This document shows positions 28,677-37,886 of a stretch of DNA of 40,570 nucleotides, one piece after another. Source of the stretch: Oceanospirillaceae bacterium (lineage in GTDB: Bacteria; Pseudomonadota; Gammaproteobacteria; Pseudomonadales; Balneatricaceae); NCBI GenBank assembly GCA_013373575.1, contig JABXHP010000111.1, positions 1 through 40,570 on the forward strand. Reading direction: 5' to 3'. Position 1 is the stretch's first letter, and every line of letters starts with the position of its first letter. The translations under genes were made by a program, and so were the position numbers. The notes beneath the pieces were generated by a model. It did not search any database. It was not told where the DNA came from and saw only the letters and a program-made list of their open reading frames with translations.

Positions 28677-29932
28677 TAGCCTGTCACCCTTTCCGGTACT
28701 GGTTTGGTTTTCTCTTTTGCGGTGTACCACGGCATCAGGATGAAGTATGCAAAGTAGAGTGCAGTACATACCTGTGCCAGCAGGGTACGGCCCGGAGTCG
28801 CGGGGATAGCACCCAGAACGCCGAGGATGACAAAACAGATAGCGAAGATCAGCAGAGCGACCTTGCTGTACCAGCCTTTGTAACGCATAGATCGAACAGG
28901 ACTACGATCAAGCCAAGGCAATACGAACAGGATCGCAATTGCCGCACCCATAGCTACTACACCCCAGAACTTCGCGTCCAACCCAAACAGCGGGAAGGTG
29001 ATCGCACGCAGGATGGCGTAGAAGGGCGTGAAGTACCAGACTGGCGCGATATGCTCAGGCGTCTTCAGCGGGTTTGCAGGCTCAAAGTTCGGCTTCTCTA
29101 GGAAGTAACCGCCCCCTTCTGGGAAGAAGAAGACCACGAAACAGAAGACAAACAAGAACACGACAACGCCAACTATATCCTTAACGGTGTAGTAAGGATG
29201 GAAAGGAATACCATCAAGTGGAATGCCGTTCTCATCTTTCTTGTCTTTGATCTCAACGCCATCAGGGTTGTTTGACCCCACTTCGTGCAACGCAATTATG
29301 TGCAGTACAACCAGCGCCAAAATAACGATTGGTAGAGCGATAACATGGAGTGCGAAGAAGCGGTTTAGCGTTATCCCCGAGATCAGATAGTCACCTCGGA
29401 TCCATTGCTGCAGGTCTTCACCAATTACCGGAATAGCACCAAATAGCGATACGATTACCTGCGCGCCCCAGTAAGACATCTGACCCCAAGGTAGCAGGTA
29501 GCCCATGAATGCTTCCGCCATTAGAGCGAGGTAGATAGTCATACCGAAGAGCCATACAAGCTCACGCGGCTTCTGATAAGAACCGTACATCATCCCGCGG
29601 AACATATGCAGATAGACGACAACAAAGAACGCCGATGCACCAGTAGAGTGGAGGTAGCGGAGTAGCCAGCCGTATTCTACGTCGCGCATAATGTACTCAA
29701 CCGAAGCGAACGCGCCTTCAGCCGAAGGGTTGTAGCTCATAGTGAGCCAAATACCGGTAACAATCTGGTTTACTAGCACTAGCATCGCCAGCGAACCGAA
29801 GAAGTACCAGAAGTTGAAGTTACGTGGCGCATAGTATTTCGCCAGATGATCATCCCACATGGCAGTTGCGGGGAAGCGATCATCAATCCAGCCCATGAAA
29901 CCTGGATTACCTTTATTACGTGAACCAGCCAT
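28676..29932 (-). CDS. petB: Cytochrome b of the bc1 complex
   Basis: NFWYFFGSL, RYLHSTGAS, GYLLPWGQMSYWG, RFFALH, PVWY. Confidence 0.97.
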   Translation of the reverse strand: MAGSRNKGNPGFMGWIDDRFPATAMWDDHLAKYYAPRNFNFWYFFGSLAMLVLVNQIVTGIWLTMSYNPSAEGAFASVEYIMRDVEYGWLLRYLHSTGASAFFVVVYLHMFRGMMYGSYQKPRELVWLFGMTIYLALMAEAFMGYLLPWGQMSYWGAQVIVSLFGAIPVIGEDLQQWIRGDYLISGITLNRFFALHVIALPIVILALVVLHIIALHEVGSNNPDGVEIKDKKDENGIPLDGIPFHPYYTVKDIVGVVVFLFVFCFVVFFFPEGGGYFLEKPNFEPANPLKTPEHIAPVWYFTPFYAILRAITFPLFGLDAKFWGVVAMGAAIAILFVLPWLDRSPVRSMRYKGWYSKVALLIFAICFVILGVLGAIPATPGRTLLAQVCTALYFAYFILMPWYTAKEKTKPVPERVTG

Positions 29933-30528
29933 TATGCAGTCTCCGTGTCTACGCCGATGATGAGCGTGTTGTCGCCTTCATAAGAGTGTGGCGGCACAAC
30001 TAGGTTAGTTGGCGCTGGTACACCCTTGAAAACACGACCCGAGAGATCGAAACGAGAGCCGTGGCATGGGCAGAAGAAACCACCAAGCCAGTCAGGACCC
30101 ATATCTTCAGGAGCCACTTCGGGGCGATAAGTTGGCGAACACCCAAGATGCGTACAAATACCTACCATCACCATGATCTCTGGACGCAGTGAGCGTGCAG
30201 GTGTGTTCGGCACGTATTCGGGCTGCTGCGGCTTTTCAGACGCAGGATCTGCCAGACGGTCGTTCAATTTCTCCAGATTTGCGAGCGCCTCGTCGCTGCG
30301 GCGTACAACCCATACAGGCTTACCGCGCCACTCAACGATCATCTGCTGACCTGGCTCTAGCTTGCTGATATCCGCAGTCACCGGAGCACCGGCAGCCTTA
30401 GCTTTGGCACTGGGATTCCACGAAGCAACAAAAGGCACTGCCGCACCGATCGCACCTACCGCACCAACGGCTGAGGTAGCTCCGATCAGAAGGCGACGTC
30501 GACCCTTGTTCACGCCGTCATTGCTCAT
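29932..30528 (-). CDS. petA: Rieske iron-sulfur subunit
   Basis: Tat motif GRRRLL, CTHLGC, CPCHGS. Confidence 0.97.
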   Translation of the reverse strand: MSNDGVNKGRRRLLIGATSAVGAVGAIGAAVPFVASWNPSAKAKAAGAPVTADISKLEPGQQMIVEWRGKPVWVVRRSDEALANLEKLNDRLADPASEKPQQPEYVPNTPARSLRPEIMVMVGICTHLGCSPTYRPEVAPEDMGPDWLGGFFCPCHGSRFDLSGRVFKGVPAPTNLVVPPHSYEGDNTLIIGVDTETA

Positions 30529-30657
30529 CAACTAATCTCCCTTGAGTCCCCTTAACACTCTGCCAATCAGAATTTCGGGGGCTACATACTTTCGAAAACA
30601 TGAATTCGTTTTCCGGACTGTGCGGCTTATAACCTAATAGTCCGATCGCTGGCGCGA

Positions 30658-30686
30658 ATAGTAAAGAAAAGGCCTATTATTTTCAA
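30658..30686 (-). promoter_or_regulatory. Sigma70 promoter of petABC
   Basis: TTGAAA-17 bp-TACTAT. Confidence 0.6.
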
Positions 30687-30713
30687 GGTAAAACAGGGGT
30701 TTGTCCGACCAAA

Positions 30714-30727
30714 TTGAGCTCAATCAA
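30714..30727. promoter_or_regulatory. FNR/Anr-like box
   Basis: TTGAG-CTCA-ATCAA, a 9/10 match to TTGAT-N4-ATCAA. Confidence 0.55.
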
Positions 30728-30756
30728 TTACGACATTTGTGGAATAAGCTAAGAAC

Positions 30757-30785
30757 GAAAAAGCCCGAGCGGCAAGGCTCGGGCT
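30757..30785 (-). terminator. Terminator after rpsI
   Basis: AGCCCGAGC-loop-GCTCGGGCT-TTTT on the minus strand. Confidence 0.85.
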
Positions 30786-30815
30786 CTTCTGTGTTGCAGC
30801 GCAACAGGAAGCGAA

Positions 30816-31208
30816 TTAACGCTTCGAGAACTGTGGCTTCTTACGCGCTTTGCGCAGACCCACTTTCTTACGTTCAACTTCACGTGCATCGCGGGTAACG
30901 AAACCAGCTTGACGCAGTGTAGGACGCAGAGTTTCATCGTACTCCATCAGAGCGCGAGTGATACCGTGACGGATCGCACCAGCCTGACCGAAGCCGCCGC
31001 CACCAGTTACGGTAACGTATACGTCGAACTTCTCAACATTGTCAGTCAGCTCAAGCGGCTGCTTAACGATCATTCGAGCAGTTTCACGACCGAAGTACTC
31101 TTCGATAGTGCGGTTGTTAATAGAGATATTTCCAGTGCCTGGACGCAGGAATACGCGAGCAGTGGAAGTTTTGCGACGGCCAGTGCCGTAGTACTGAGTA
31201 GTTGCCAT
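30816..31208 (-). CDS. rpsI: 30S ribosomal protein S9
   Basis: [36 protein letters not shown]. Confidence 0.99.
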   Translation of the reverse strand: MATTQYYGTGRRKTSTARVFLRPGTGNISINNRTIEEYFGRETARMIVKQPLELTDNVEKFDVYVTVTGGGGFGQAGAIRHGITRALMEYDETLRPTLRQAGFVTRDAREVERKKVGLRKARKKPQFSKR

Positions 31209-31221
31209 GTTCGCTTTCCCC

Positions 31222-31653
31222 TTAGATGTTCAGTTCTTGAGGCTGCTGTGCAGCATGCGGGTGATTAGCACCAGCGTACACTTTCAGCTTGCTGTACATA
31301 GCACGACCCAGAGGGCCTTTTGGCAGCATGCCTTTAACCGCGAGCTCAATAGTACGCTCAGGGAAAGTCTGCATCATCTTCTCGAAGTTAGCTTCCTTCA
31401 AACCACCAGGGAAGCCAGAGTGACGGTAGTACATTTTGTCGGCACGCTTGTTACCAGTAACGTGTACTTTCTCAGCGTTAACGACAACGATGTAATCACC
31501 AGTATCAACGTGCGGGGTGTATTCCGCTTTATGCTTACCGCGCAGGCGGCGAGCGATTTCAGTTGCCAGACGGCCCAGGGTTTTCCCATCGGCGTCAACA
31601 ACAAACCAGTCGCGTTTTACTTCGGCTGGCTTAGCACTAACAGTGTAAGACAT
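31222..31653 (-). CDS. rplM: 50S ribosomal protein L13
   Basis: [41 protein letters not shown]. Confidence 0.99.
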   Translation of the reverse strand: MSYTVSAKPAEVKRDWFVVDADGKTLGRLATEIARRLRGKHKAEYTPHVDTGDYIVVVNAEKVHVTGNKRADKMYYRHSGFPGGLKEANFEKMMQTFPERTIELAVKGMLPKGPLGRAMYSKLKVYAGANHPHAAQQPQELNI

Positions 31654-31790
31654 GATAATTTCCTATCTATAAACCTCGAATCAACCAGTGGGTTGGTCCC
31701 GGCTTACCTTATAATTATTGGTTGTAAGCCCACTAACTCATTGAATTAGCGTTTAGATACAACTTTCTAGTTACGACCGCCGTTATCAGC

Positions 31791-31805
31791 GGAGCGCGAA
31801 TTATA
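31791..31805 (-). promoter_or_regulatory. rplM -10 element with GC-rich discriminator
   Basis: TATAAT-TCGCGCTCC on the minus strand. Confidence 0.6.
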
Positions 31806-31899
31806 CATGAAAAGCCGAAATATAGAATAGTTGCAGATGCAAAATTTTGGTTAGAGTGCTGGAAGCGCCTATCACCCAGGGCCGAAGCCAACTGACTAC

Positions 31900-33018
31900 T
31901 CAGGCCCTGTGCTCACGGGCGAGGTACTCAGTGGACTGCATTTCAAGTAGGCGAGACTTGGTGCGCTCGATCTCGAAGTTGAGCTTACCCTCGGTATAGA
32001 TCTCGTGGATCGGTTTCTCGGCGGAGATGATGAGCTTCACACCAGAGTCGTAGAATTCATCGACGAGGTTGATGAAGCGGCGTGCGGCATCATCTCTAGC
32101 GCGGCCCAGTTGTGGAACATTGCTCAGCAGTACGGCGTGGTAAAGTTTTGCTAACTCTATGTAGTCATTTTGCGAGCGAGCGCCCTCGCAGATTGCGTCG
32201 AAGTCGAACCAGATAACATCCTCACACGCCTTGCGCGCGAGGATATGACGATTGTTGATCTCGATTTTAACGTTCTCTTCTAGCTCTTCCAAATCTGGGG
32301 CAAGGCTCTCGAAACTGGAGTTGAGGCTCACATCAGCTTGTGCATCAAGCGGCCAGTGGTAAAGCTCCGCCTGCTCTAGGGTACGTAGACGGTAGTCTAT
32401 GCCAGAGTCAACATTGACGACCTCGGTATATTTATTGAGCAGATCAATGGCGGGCAGAAAACGAGCGCGTTGTAGACCATCTTTGTAAAGGCCATCAGGA
32501 ACGATGTTTGAGGTCGCCACTAAGGACACGCCACGAGCAAAGAGCTCTTGCAGCAAGCTACCTAAGATCATTGCATCAGTGATATCGGAGACAAAGAACT
32601 CGTCGAAACAGATGATTCTGGTCTCAGCCGCGTATTTGTCAGCAATTGTGGTTAGAGGGTTCTTGGTACCGTCGAGGGCTTTTAGCTCCTGGTGCACACG
32701 CTGCATGAAACGGTGGAAGTGGGTGCGCATTTTGCGCTCGAACGGTAAGGTGTCGTAGAAGGTATCCATCAGGTAGGTTTTACCGCGGCCAACGCCACCC
32801 CAGAAATAGAGACCTTTAATTGGTGCAATCGACTTCGCTTTGCCGAGTTTCATCTTCGCTGTAAGGCGTGATATGCCGCTCCTCTTCGGACCATTTTCAG
32901 CGGCGACTAGTTCATCGAAGAGACGCTGTAGATGATTAACCGCCATCTCTTGCGTTGCATCGTAGGAAAAATCATCTCGCTGCAGATCTTTCTTATAACG
33001 CGCCAATGGGGTCGGCAT
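31900..33018 (-). CDS. zapE: Cell division ATPase ZapE (AFG1 family)
   Basis: GLYFWGGVGRGKTYLMD, HFHRFM, CFDEFFVSDITDAM, RRFINLVDEFYD. Confidence 0.95.
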   Translation of the reverse strand: MPTPLARYKKDLQRDDFSYDATQEMAVNHLQRLFDELVAAENGPKRSGISRLTAKMKLGKAKSIAPIKGLYFWGGVGRGKTYLMDTFYDTLPFERKMRTHFHRFMQRVHQELKALDGTKNPLTTIADKYAAETRIICFDEFFVSDITDAMILGSLLQELFARGVSLVATSNIVPDGLYKDGLQRARFLPAIDLLNKYTEVVNVDSGIDYRLRTLEQAELYHWPLDAQADVSLNSSFESLAPDLEELEENVKIEINNRHILARKACEDVIWFDFDAICEGARSQNDYIELAKLYHAVLLSNVPQLGRARDDAARRFINLVDEFYDSGVKLIISAEKPIHEIYTEGKLNFEIERTKSRLLEMQSTEYLAREHRA

Positions 33019-33084
33019 CTCGAATTCACCTCGTTCGATCGAAAAACTGCGCGCACTTTACTGCGCCTCGAGATGAAATTCAAT

Positions 33085-33798
33085 TCAGAAAAGGGCTGCT
33101 AATAGCGGTAGCATGATTGCCGTTATCAAACCCGTGAGCCCCATTGCAAGCCCCGCAAAGGCGCCAGCCAATGCACCTACCTCTAGCGCAAGGGCTGTGC
33201 CGAAGCCGTGAGAAGTAAGACCGAGGACGAAGCCTCGAGTCTCCTGATCCTCTACGCGCATCAACCTAAGCACCGATGGGACCAACAGGCTACCTAACAC
33301 GCCCGTTACCAGACAGAGCGCGGCGGAGAGCTCTGGATAGCCCCCTATCTTCTCTGAGATGCCTAGAGCTATAGGCGAGGTTACAGATTTTGGTGCAATA
33401 GAGAGCAAAGTCTCGATGCGCGCATCAAACAACCACGCCACCAGTACAGCAATAGAAGCCGCTGAGAACGCACCCACGACGCATGCGAGCAAAATGGGTA
33501 ACCAGAGTTCGCGAATGGTTTTGAAGTGATCAAAGAGCGGAACGGCGATTGCCACGGTAGCAGGCCCGAGGAGAAAGTGGATGAACTGGGCACCGCTAAA
33601 ATAGGTTTGATAGGGCGTCTCTGTCAGTAGTAGCAGCCCGATGAGCAGTGACATGCTCACCAAGACTGGATGCAGCAGCGGGGTGAAACCCGCCACTCTG
33701 TATAACTGCAGGGCCGCCGTGTAGATAGCTAAGGTAACGACTATCCACATCAGCGGCTGTGCCGCAAAATAGACCCAGAACTCAGTAACGTTATCCAT
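33085..33798 (-). CDS. lrgB: LrgB/CidB family membrane protein (start probably ATG at 33798)
   Basis: LLGPATVAIAVPL, PKSVTSPIA, SHGFGTA; hydrophobic. Confidence 0.9.
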   Translation of the reverse strand: MDNVTEFWVYFAAQPLMWIVVTLAIYTAALQLYRVAGFTPLLHPVLVSMSLLIGLLLLTETPYQTYFSGAQFIHFLLGPATVAIAVPLFDHFKTIRELWLPILLACVVGAFSAASIAVLVAWLFDARIETLLSIAPKSVTSPIALGISEKIGGYPELSAALCLVTGVLGSLLVPSVLRLMRVEDQETRGFVLGLTSHGFGTALALEVGALAGAFAGLAMGLTGLITAIMLPLLAALF

Positions 33799-34159
33799 TG
33801 TCACGCCCGACACTGCGACGCTGTCGTTTTATCAGCAGCGAAAATAATGTGGCGGTAATGACGGCAGCACCAAGCGAACTGACGACGAGCGCCAGAAGAA
33901 TAATCCACCACTCTGTCCGCAATAGCTCAAAGTGTAGCACCAGCCCAACACCCGCAGGTACAAAGAGTAGCGCTAGGTTTGCCAAGAGAGCCTCAGCTAC
34001 TTGGCGCAGAGACTGAGGAACCTGCTTACGATTCAAAAGTAGCAATAGTAGCATCACCATCCCGAGCACGGGACCGGGCACGGAGAGACCTAGCGAGACA
34101 ACGATTAACTCGCCAAAAAGCTGGAACAGCAGAACAAACAGTAGACCTTGTACTAGCAT
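33791..34159 (-). CDS. CidA/LrgA family holin-like membrane protein
   Basis: FQLFGE, VPGPVLGM, LLFVPAGVG; overlaps lrgB. Confidence 0.9.
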   Translation of the reverse strand: MLVQGLLFVLLFQLFGELIVVSLGLSVPGPVLGMVMLLLLLLNRKQVPQSLRQVAEALLANLALLFVPAGVGLVLHFELLRTEWWIILLALVVSSLGAAVITATLFSLLIKRQRRSVGRDNG

Positions 34160-34249
34160 TACCCTCTCCTTATGAGGACATCCTACTTAGCAACAGGCTG
34201 AATGACCACCACATTATGGAAATTAAATTTTCTTACTGTGGAATAAAGT

Positions 34250-34273
34250 AAAAAGGGCCAGCACCGCTGACCC
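34250..34273 (-). terminator. Terminator after the TolC-family gene
   Basis: GGGTCAGC-GGT-GCTGGCCC-TTTTT on the minus strand. Confidence 0.7.
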
Positions 34274-34320
34274 TATTTACCCGAACACTTCAGGCCACAA
34301 CCTAGCGCTAATGACGAAAA

Positions 34321-35679
34321 TTATTGGGCGGAGGAAACCTCTAGCATCTCGCTTCCCGGTAGCTCTCCCTCATCGTTACGATGCTCAGGATGCCCCGGCA
34401 CATTCAGCTCCAAGTAGTCTAGGAAACGACCTACACGCGTTAATAGCGTGTACCGAGCGAGCTGCTCATCCATCTGAGCTGAAATGAGCTCGTTTTGTGC
34501 GGTGAATAGTTCATTCTCAGCATCAAGCAGGTCAAGGAGTGATCGCTGTCCGATATCGAACTGTTTGGCGTAAGCATCACGCGTACCGCGCGCCTCACGC
34601 TCTCTTCGCTCTAACTCGGGAATCTGCAGATAGACAGACTCTAGATCATACCAGGCTATTTGAGCATCAGCCTCGAGGTCTCGACGATCCTTTTCACCTT
34701 GAGCACGAGCAACACCACCAAGGTGCTCAGCCTGGCGGATTCGAGCCTCATCAGAGCCACCGCGATAGAAGTTCTGCCGCGCACGAATCATCGCAGTTAG
34801 GGTGGAATCACGCTCTGCCACACCATTGGCACCCTTATTACTCGTCCAGTCCACCTCTAAGTGCACCTTGGGGTGCATGGCGGACTTAGCAACGCCTATC
34901 TGGCCTAGCGCGGACTCATGATCCGCAACCGCCGCGGCAAAACGCGGACTATTCATTGTTGCCAGATAGCGCGCATCTTCAGCGGTGTAAGGTAAGTGGG
35001 AACAGCAATCTTCATCAGGCATCACTAAATCACCGGGCTTGTAGCCAACCACCCGCTCAAAATTGATCTCAGACTCCCAGAGGTTCCCTTCCACTACACT
35101 GAGGTTGTAATTTGCTAGTGCGAGACGCCCCTTCGCTTGGGTCTCATCCGCCACACTACCAACCCCCATCTGCGCGCGCCGAGAGATTTTATTGTATGTA
35201 TCTTGGTGAGCCGCCAAGTTTTCTTTTGTTGACTCAAGCAGTTGGCGCTGACGTAAGACATCGATATAGACTGTCGCCACCTCAAGCGCTAGCCCTTCAG
35301 CGCGCTCCTCACTGCGCGCTGCCTCCGCTCTCGCCGCAGCAGTACTTGAGTCGACTTGAGACTTAGTTTCATAGCCATCATAGAGCATTTGCGAGAGGCG
35401 AAGGGCCGCTTCACGACGTGTGTACCAGTCATCATCATTCGATTTGTAGGCACGCTCAAGCCCTATACCAAGCGTGAGATCGATAGTTGGACGATAGCCA
35501 GCCTCGTCCATCTGAATAGTCTCTAGCGCAGCTGAATGCCGCTCAATTGCCCTAACCTGCTGAGGATGAGACTCAAGCGTCTCAACGATGGTCTCTTTTA
35601 GCGGCTTGCCGGATGCAGCGACAGGAATTAGTGCGGCCAGCACCACTGCCAATATCCGGCGATTAAAGGGGTTACTCAT
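34321..35679 (-). CDS. TolC-family outer-membrane channel, LapE/AggA-like (type I secretion)
   Basis: Signal peptide; AGYRPTIDL, LSQMLYDG, QFDIGQRSLLDLLDAENELF. Confidence 0.88.
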   Translation of the reverse strand: MSNPFNRRILAVVLAALIPVAASGKPLKETIVETLESHPQQVRAIERHSAALETIQMDEAGYRPTIDLTLGIGLERAYKSNDDDWYTRREAALRLSQMLYDGYETKSQVDSSTAAARAEAARSEERAEGLALEVATVYIDVLRQRQLLESTKENLAAHQDTYNKISRRAQMGVGSVADETQAKGRLALANYNLSVVEGNLWESEINFERVVGYKPGDLVMPDEDCCSHLPYTAEDARYLATMNSPRFAAAVADHESALGQIGVAKSAMHPKVHLEVDWTSNKGANGVAERDSTLTAMIRARQNFYRGGSDEARIRQAEHLGGVARAQGEKDRRDLEADAQIAWYDLESVYLQIPELERREREARGTRDAYAKQFDIGQRSLLDLLDAENELFTAQNELISAQMDEQLARYTLLTRVGRFLDYLELNVPGHPEHRNDEGELPGSEMLEVSSAQ

Positions 35680-35849
35680 TCTTGCGCGTCCTCGATGCTA
35701 CCCATCTCTCAGCACTACAACTGTCGCTGAGTCTGGGTTTTAGCATAGACCGAAATCTACCTTGTCGCCAATGCCGCCCATTAAACTGGAGGCAGTCAGA
35801 TAGCCTATCAATATAGACCAGCCGAAGGTCACGCAGGAAATTTAAAATG

Positions 35850-35876
35850 AAAAAAGCGGGCATAAAAGCCCGCTTT
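35850..35876 (-). terminator. Terminator after aceF
   Basis: AAAGCGGGC-TTTTAT-GCCCGCTTT-TTT on the minus strand. Confidence 0.85.
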
Positions 35877-35893
35877 ATTAAGGGATCTACTGC

Positions 35894-37849
35894 TCAGAGA
35901 ATGAGGCGACGTACGTCAGACAGTAGCCCATTCATCTCCGTCAGGAAGCGACCTGCGTCACCACCGTTGATGGCACGGTGGTCGTAAGAGAGGCATAGAG
36001 GGAGCATCAGACGAGGCTCGAACTCTTTACCATTCCAACGAGGTTTGATGTCCGCTTTAGATACCCCAAGAATAGCCACTTCAGGCGCATTAACGATAGG
36101 CGTAAAGCCAGTACCACCGATACCACCAAGACTAGAGATGGTAAAGCAGGCGCCCTGCATCTCGTTTGGCTTGAGCTTGCGATCCTTAGCTTTACCAGCC
36201 AGTTCAATCGCTTCATTCGACAGTTCGTAAATGCTCTTCTTATCAGCATCTTTAATGACAGGAACCATAAGCCCATTTGGCGTATCAACCGCGATGCCGA
36301 TGTTCACATACTTCTTGTAGACGATGTGCTCACCGTCAGCATCCAGAGAGGCATTGAACTTCTGATGGCGCGACAAACACACAGCTGCAGCTTTGATCAG
36401 GAATGGCAGCGGAGTGAGCTTAACGCCCTGCTTCGCAGCTTCATCCTTCATCTCCTTACGGAAAGCTTCCAACTCGGTGATATCAGCATCATCAAACTGA
36501 GTAACATGAGGAATGTTGAGCCAGCAGCGTGACATGTTGTCTCGAGTGATCTTATCGATCTTGCTCAGCTTAACTTTTTCGATCTCACCAAACTTGCTGA
36601 AGTCTACCGCTGGGATTGCCGGGATACCCGACCCGCCCGTGACTGCAGCGCCAGCCGGTGCTTCAGCCAGCTTCTTCAGTGCGCCTTTAACGTACGCCTG
36701 AACATCCTCTTTAACGATACGACCCTTACGGCCCGAGCCGCTAACTAGCGTGAGGTCAACACCATACTCGCGTGCGATTGCGCGCACAGCTGGACCAGCA
36801 TGAACTGAGCGGTTTTTCTGCTCTAGCGCTACAAGATCTGTCGCGGCAGCAGCTTTCGCTGGCGCAGCAGCAGGTGCGGACGCAACGGGCGCAGATACTG
36901 CCGCTGGAGCTGGCGCAGAAGCTACAGGGGCTGCTGCGGGAGCCGCACCAACAACTTCAAGTTCGAGTAGCAGGTCACCTTCGTTGACCTTATCGCCCTC
37001 TTTAATCTTCATCGACTTCACCACACCGCCTTTCGGTGCTGGAACTTCCATCGATGCCTTATCGGTCTCCAGCGCAATCAGACTATCGCCCTCTGCGATG
37101 GTATCGCCGTCCTTCACCAGAACTTCAATAACATCGACATCGGTCGCGCCACTGAGATCTGGAACGAGAACGTTCTCAACACCACCTGCGACAGGTGCTG
37201 CTGGCGCTGGCGCAGTCGCAGCCGAAGCAGGTTCAGCCGCTGGAGCCGCAGCCGCCGGCGCCGCCACTGGTGCTGCGCCTGCCACCTCGAGATCAATCAG
37301 CAGGTCGCCTTCATTAACTTTGCCGCCTTCGCTGATGTGAACGGCTTTGACTACACCGCCTTTAGGCGCAGGCACTTCCATAGAGGCCTTGTCAGTCTCC
37401 AGCGCAATCAGGCTATCGCCCTCTGCGAGGGTGTCACCAACCTTTACCATCACCTCAATCACATCAACGTCTTCAGCACCGCTCAGGTCAGGCACCAATA
37501 CCTGCTCAACAGCGGACGCCGCAGGTGCAGCTGCAGGTGCGGGCGCCGCTGCCGGTGCTGGCTCTGCAACAGGAGCTTCAGCCGCTGGAGCAGGTTCAGC
37601 TGCAGCCGAACCACCCACCTCAAGCTCCATCAACAGATCACCTTCATTGACCTGATCACCCTCTTTGACGGCGATTGATACAATTGTACCCGCTTGTTCA
37701 GCAGGGACTTCCATAGAGGCCTTATCGGTCTCCAGTGCAATAATGCTGTCACCCTCGGAAACTACATCACCTGGCTTAACTAGAACTTCGATTACATCGA
37801 CGTTCTCAGCTCCGCTCAGATCCGGGATGCTAACTTTAATTGTGCTCAC
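35894..37849 (-). CDS. aceF: Pyruvate dehydrogenase E2, dihydrolipoyl acetyltransferase with three lipoyl domains
   Basis: 3x ETDKASMEVP, Ala/Pro linkers, E3-binding HAGPAVR...GRKGRI, catalytic DHRAINGG. Confidence 0.97.
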   Translation of the reverse strand: MSTIKVSIPDLSGAENVDVIEVLVKPGDVVSEGDSIIALETDKASMEVPAEQAGTIVSIAVKEGDQVNEGDLLMELEVGGSAAAEPAPAAEAPVAEPAPAAAPAPAAAPAASAVEQVLVPDLSGAEDVDVIEVMVKVGDTLAEGDSLIALETDKASMEVPAPKGGVVKAVHISEGGKVNEGDLLIDLEVAGAAPVAAPAAAAPAAEPASAATAPAPAAPVAGGVENVLVPDLSGATDVDVIEVLVKDGDTIAEGDSLIALETDKASMEVPAPKGGVVKSMKIKEGDKVNEGDLLLELEVVGAAPAAAPVASAPAPAAVSAPVASAPAAAPAKAAAATDLVALEQKNRSVHAGPAVRAIAREYGVDLTLVSGSGRKGRIVKEDVQAYVKGALKKLAEAPAGAAVTGGSGIPAIPAVDFSKFGEIEKVKLSKIDKITRDNMSRCWLNIPHVTQFDDADITELEAFRKEMKDEAAKQGVKLTPLPFLIKAAAVCLSRHQKFNASLDADGEHIVYKKYVNIGIAVDTPNGLMVPVIKDADKKSIYELSNEAIELAGKAKDRKLKPNEMQGACFTISSLGGIGGTGFTPIVNAPEVAILGVSKADIKPRWNGKEFEPRLMLPLCLSYDHRAINGGDAGRFLTEMNGLLSDVRRLIL

Positions 37850-37886
37850 AAATGTTCTCCTTTCGGGCTGTGACTAGTTAGCCGAA

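Noticed and set aside
35680-35893. Absence of lpdA after aceF, and a 63-aa ORF in this gap
   Set aside because: aceEF without an adjacent lpdA is common in pseudomonad-like lineages; the ORF starts inside the terminator and has no supporting features
36950-37849. Three ~230-bp similar DNA segments with GC-rich low-complexity spacers
   Set aside because: These are the three lipoyl domains and Ala/Pro linkers of AceF, normal for this protein; not a CRISPR array or mobile repeat
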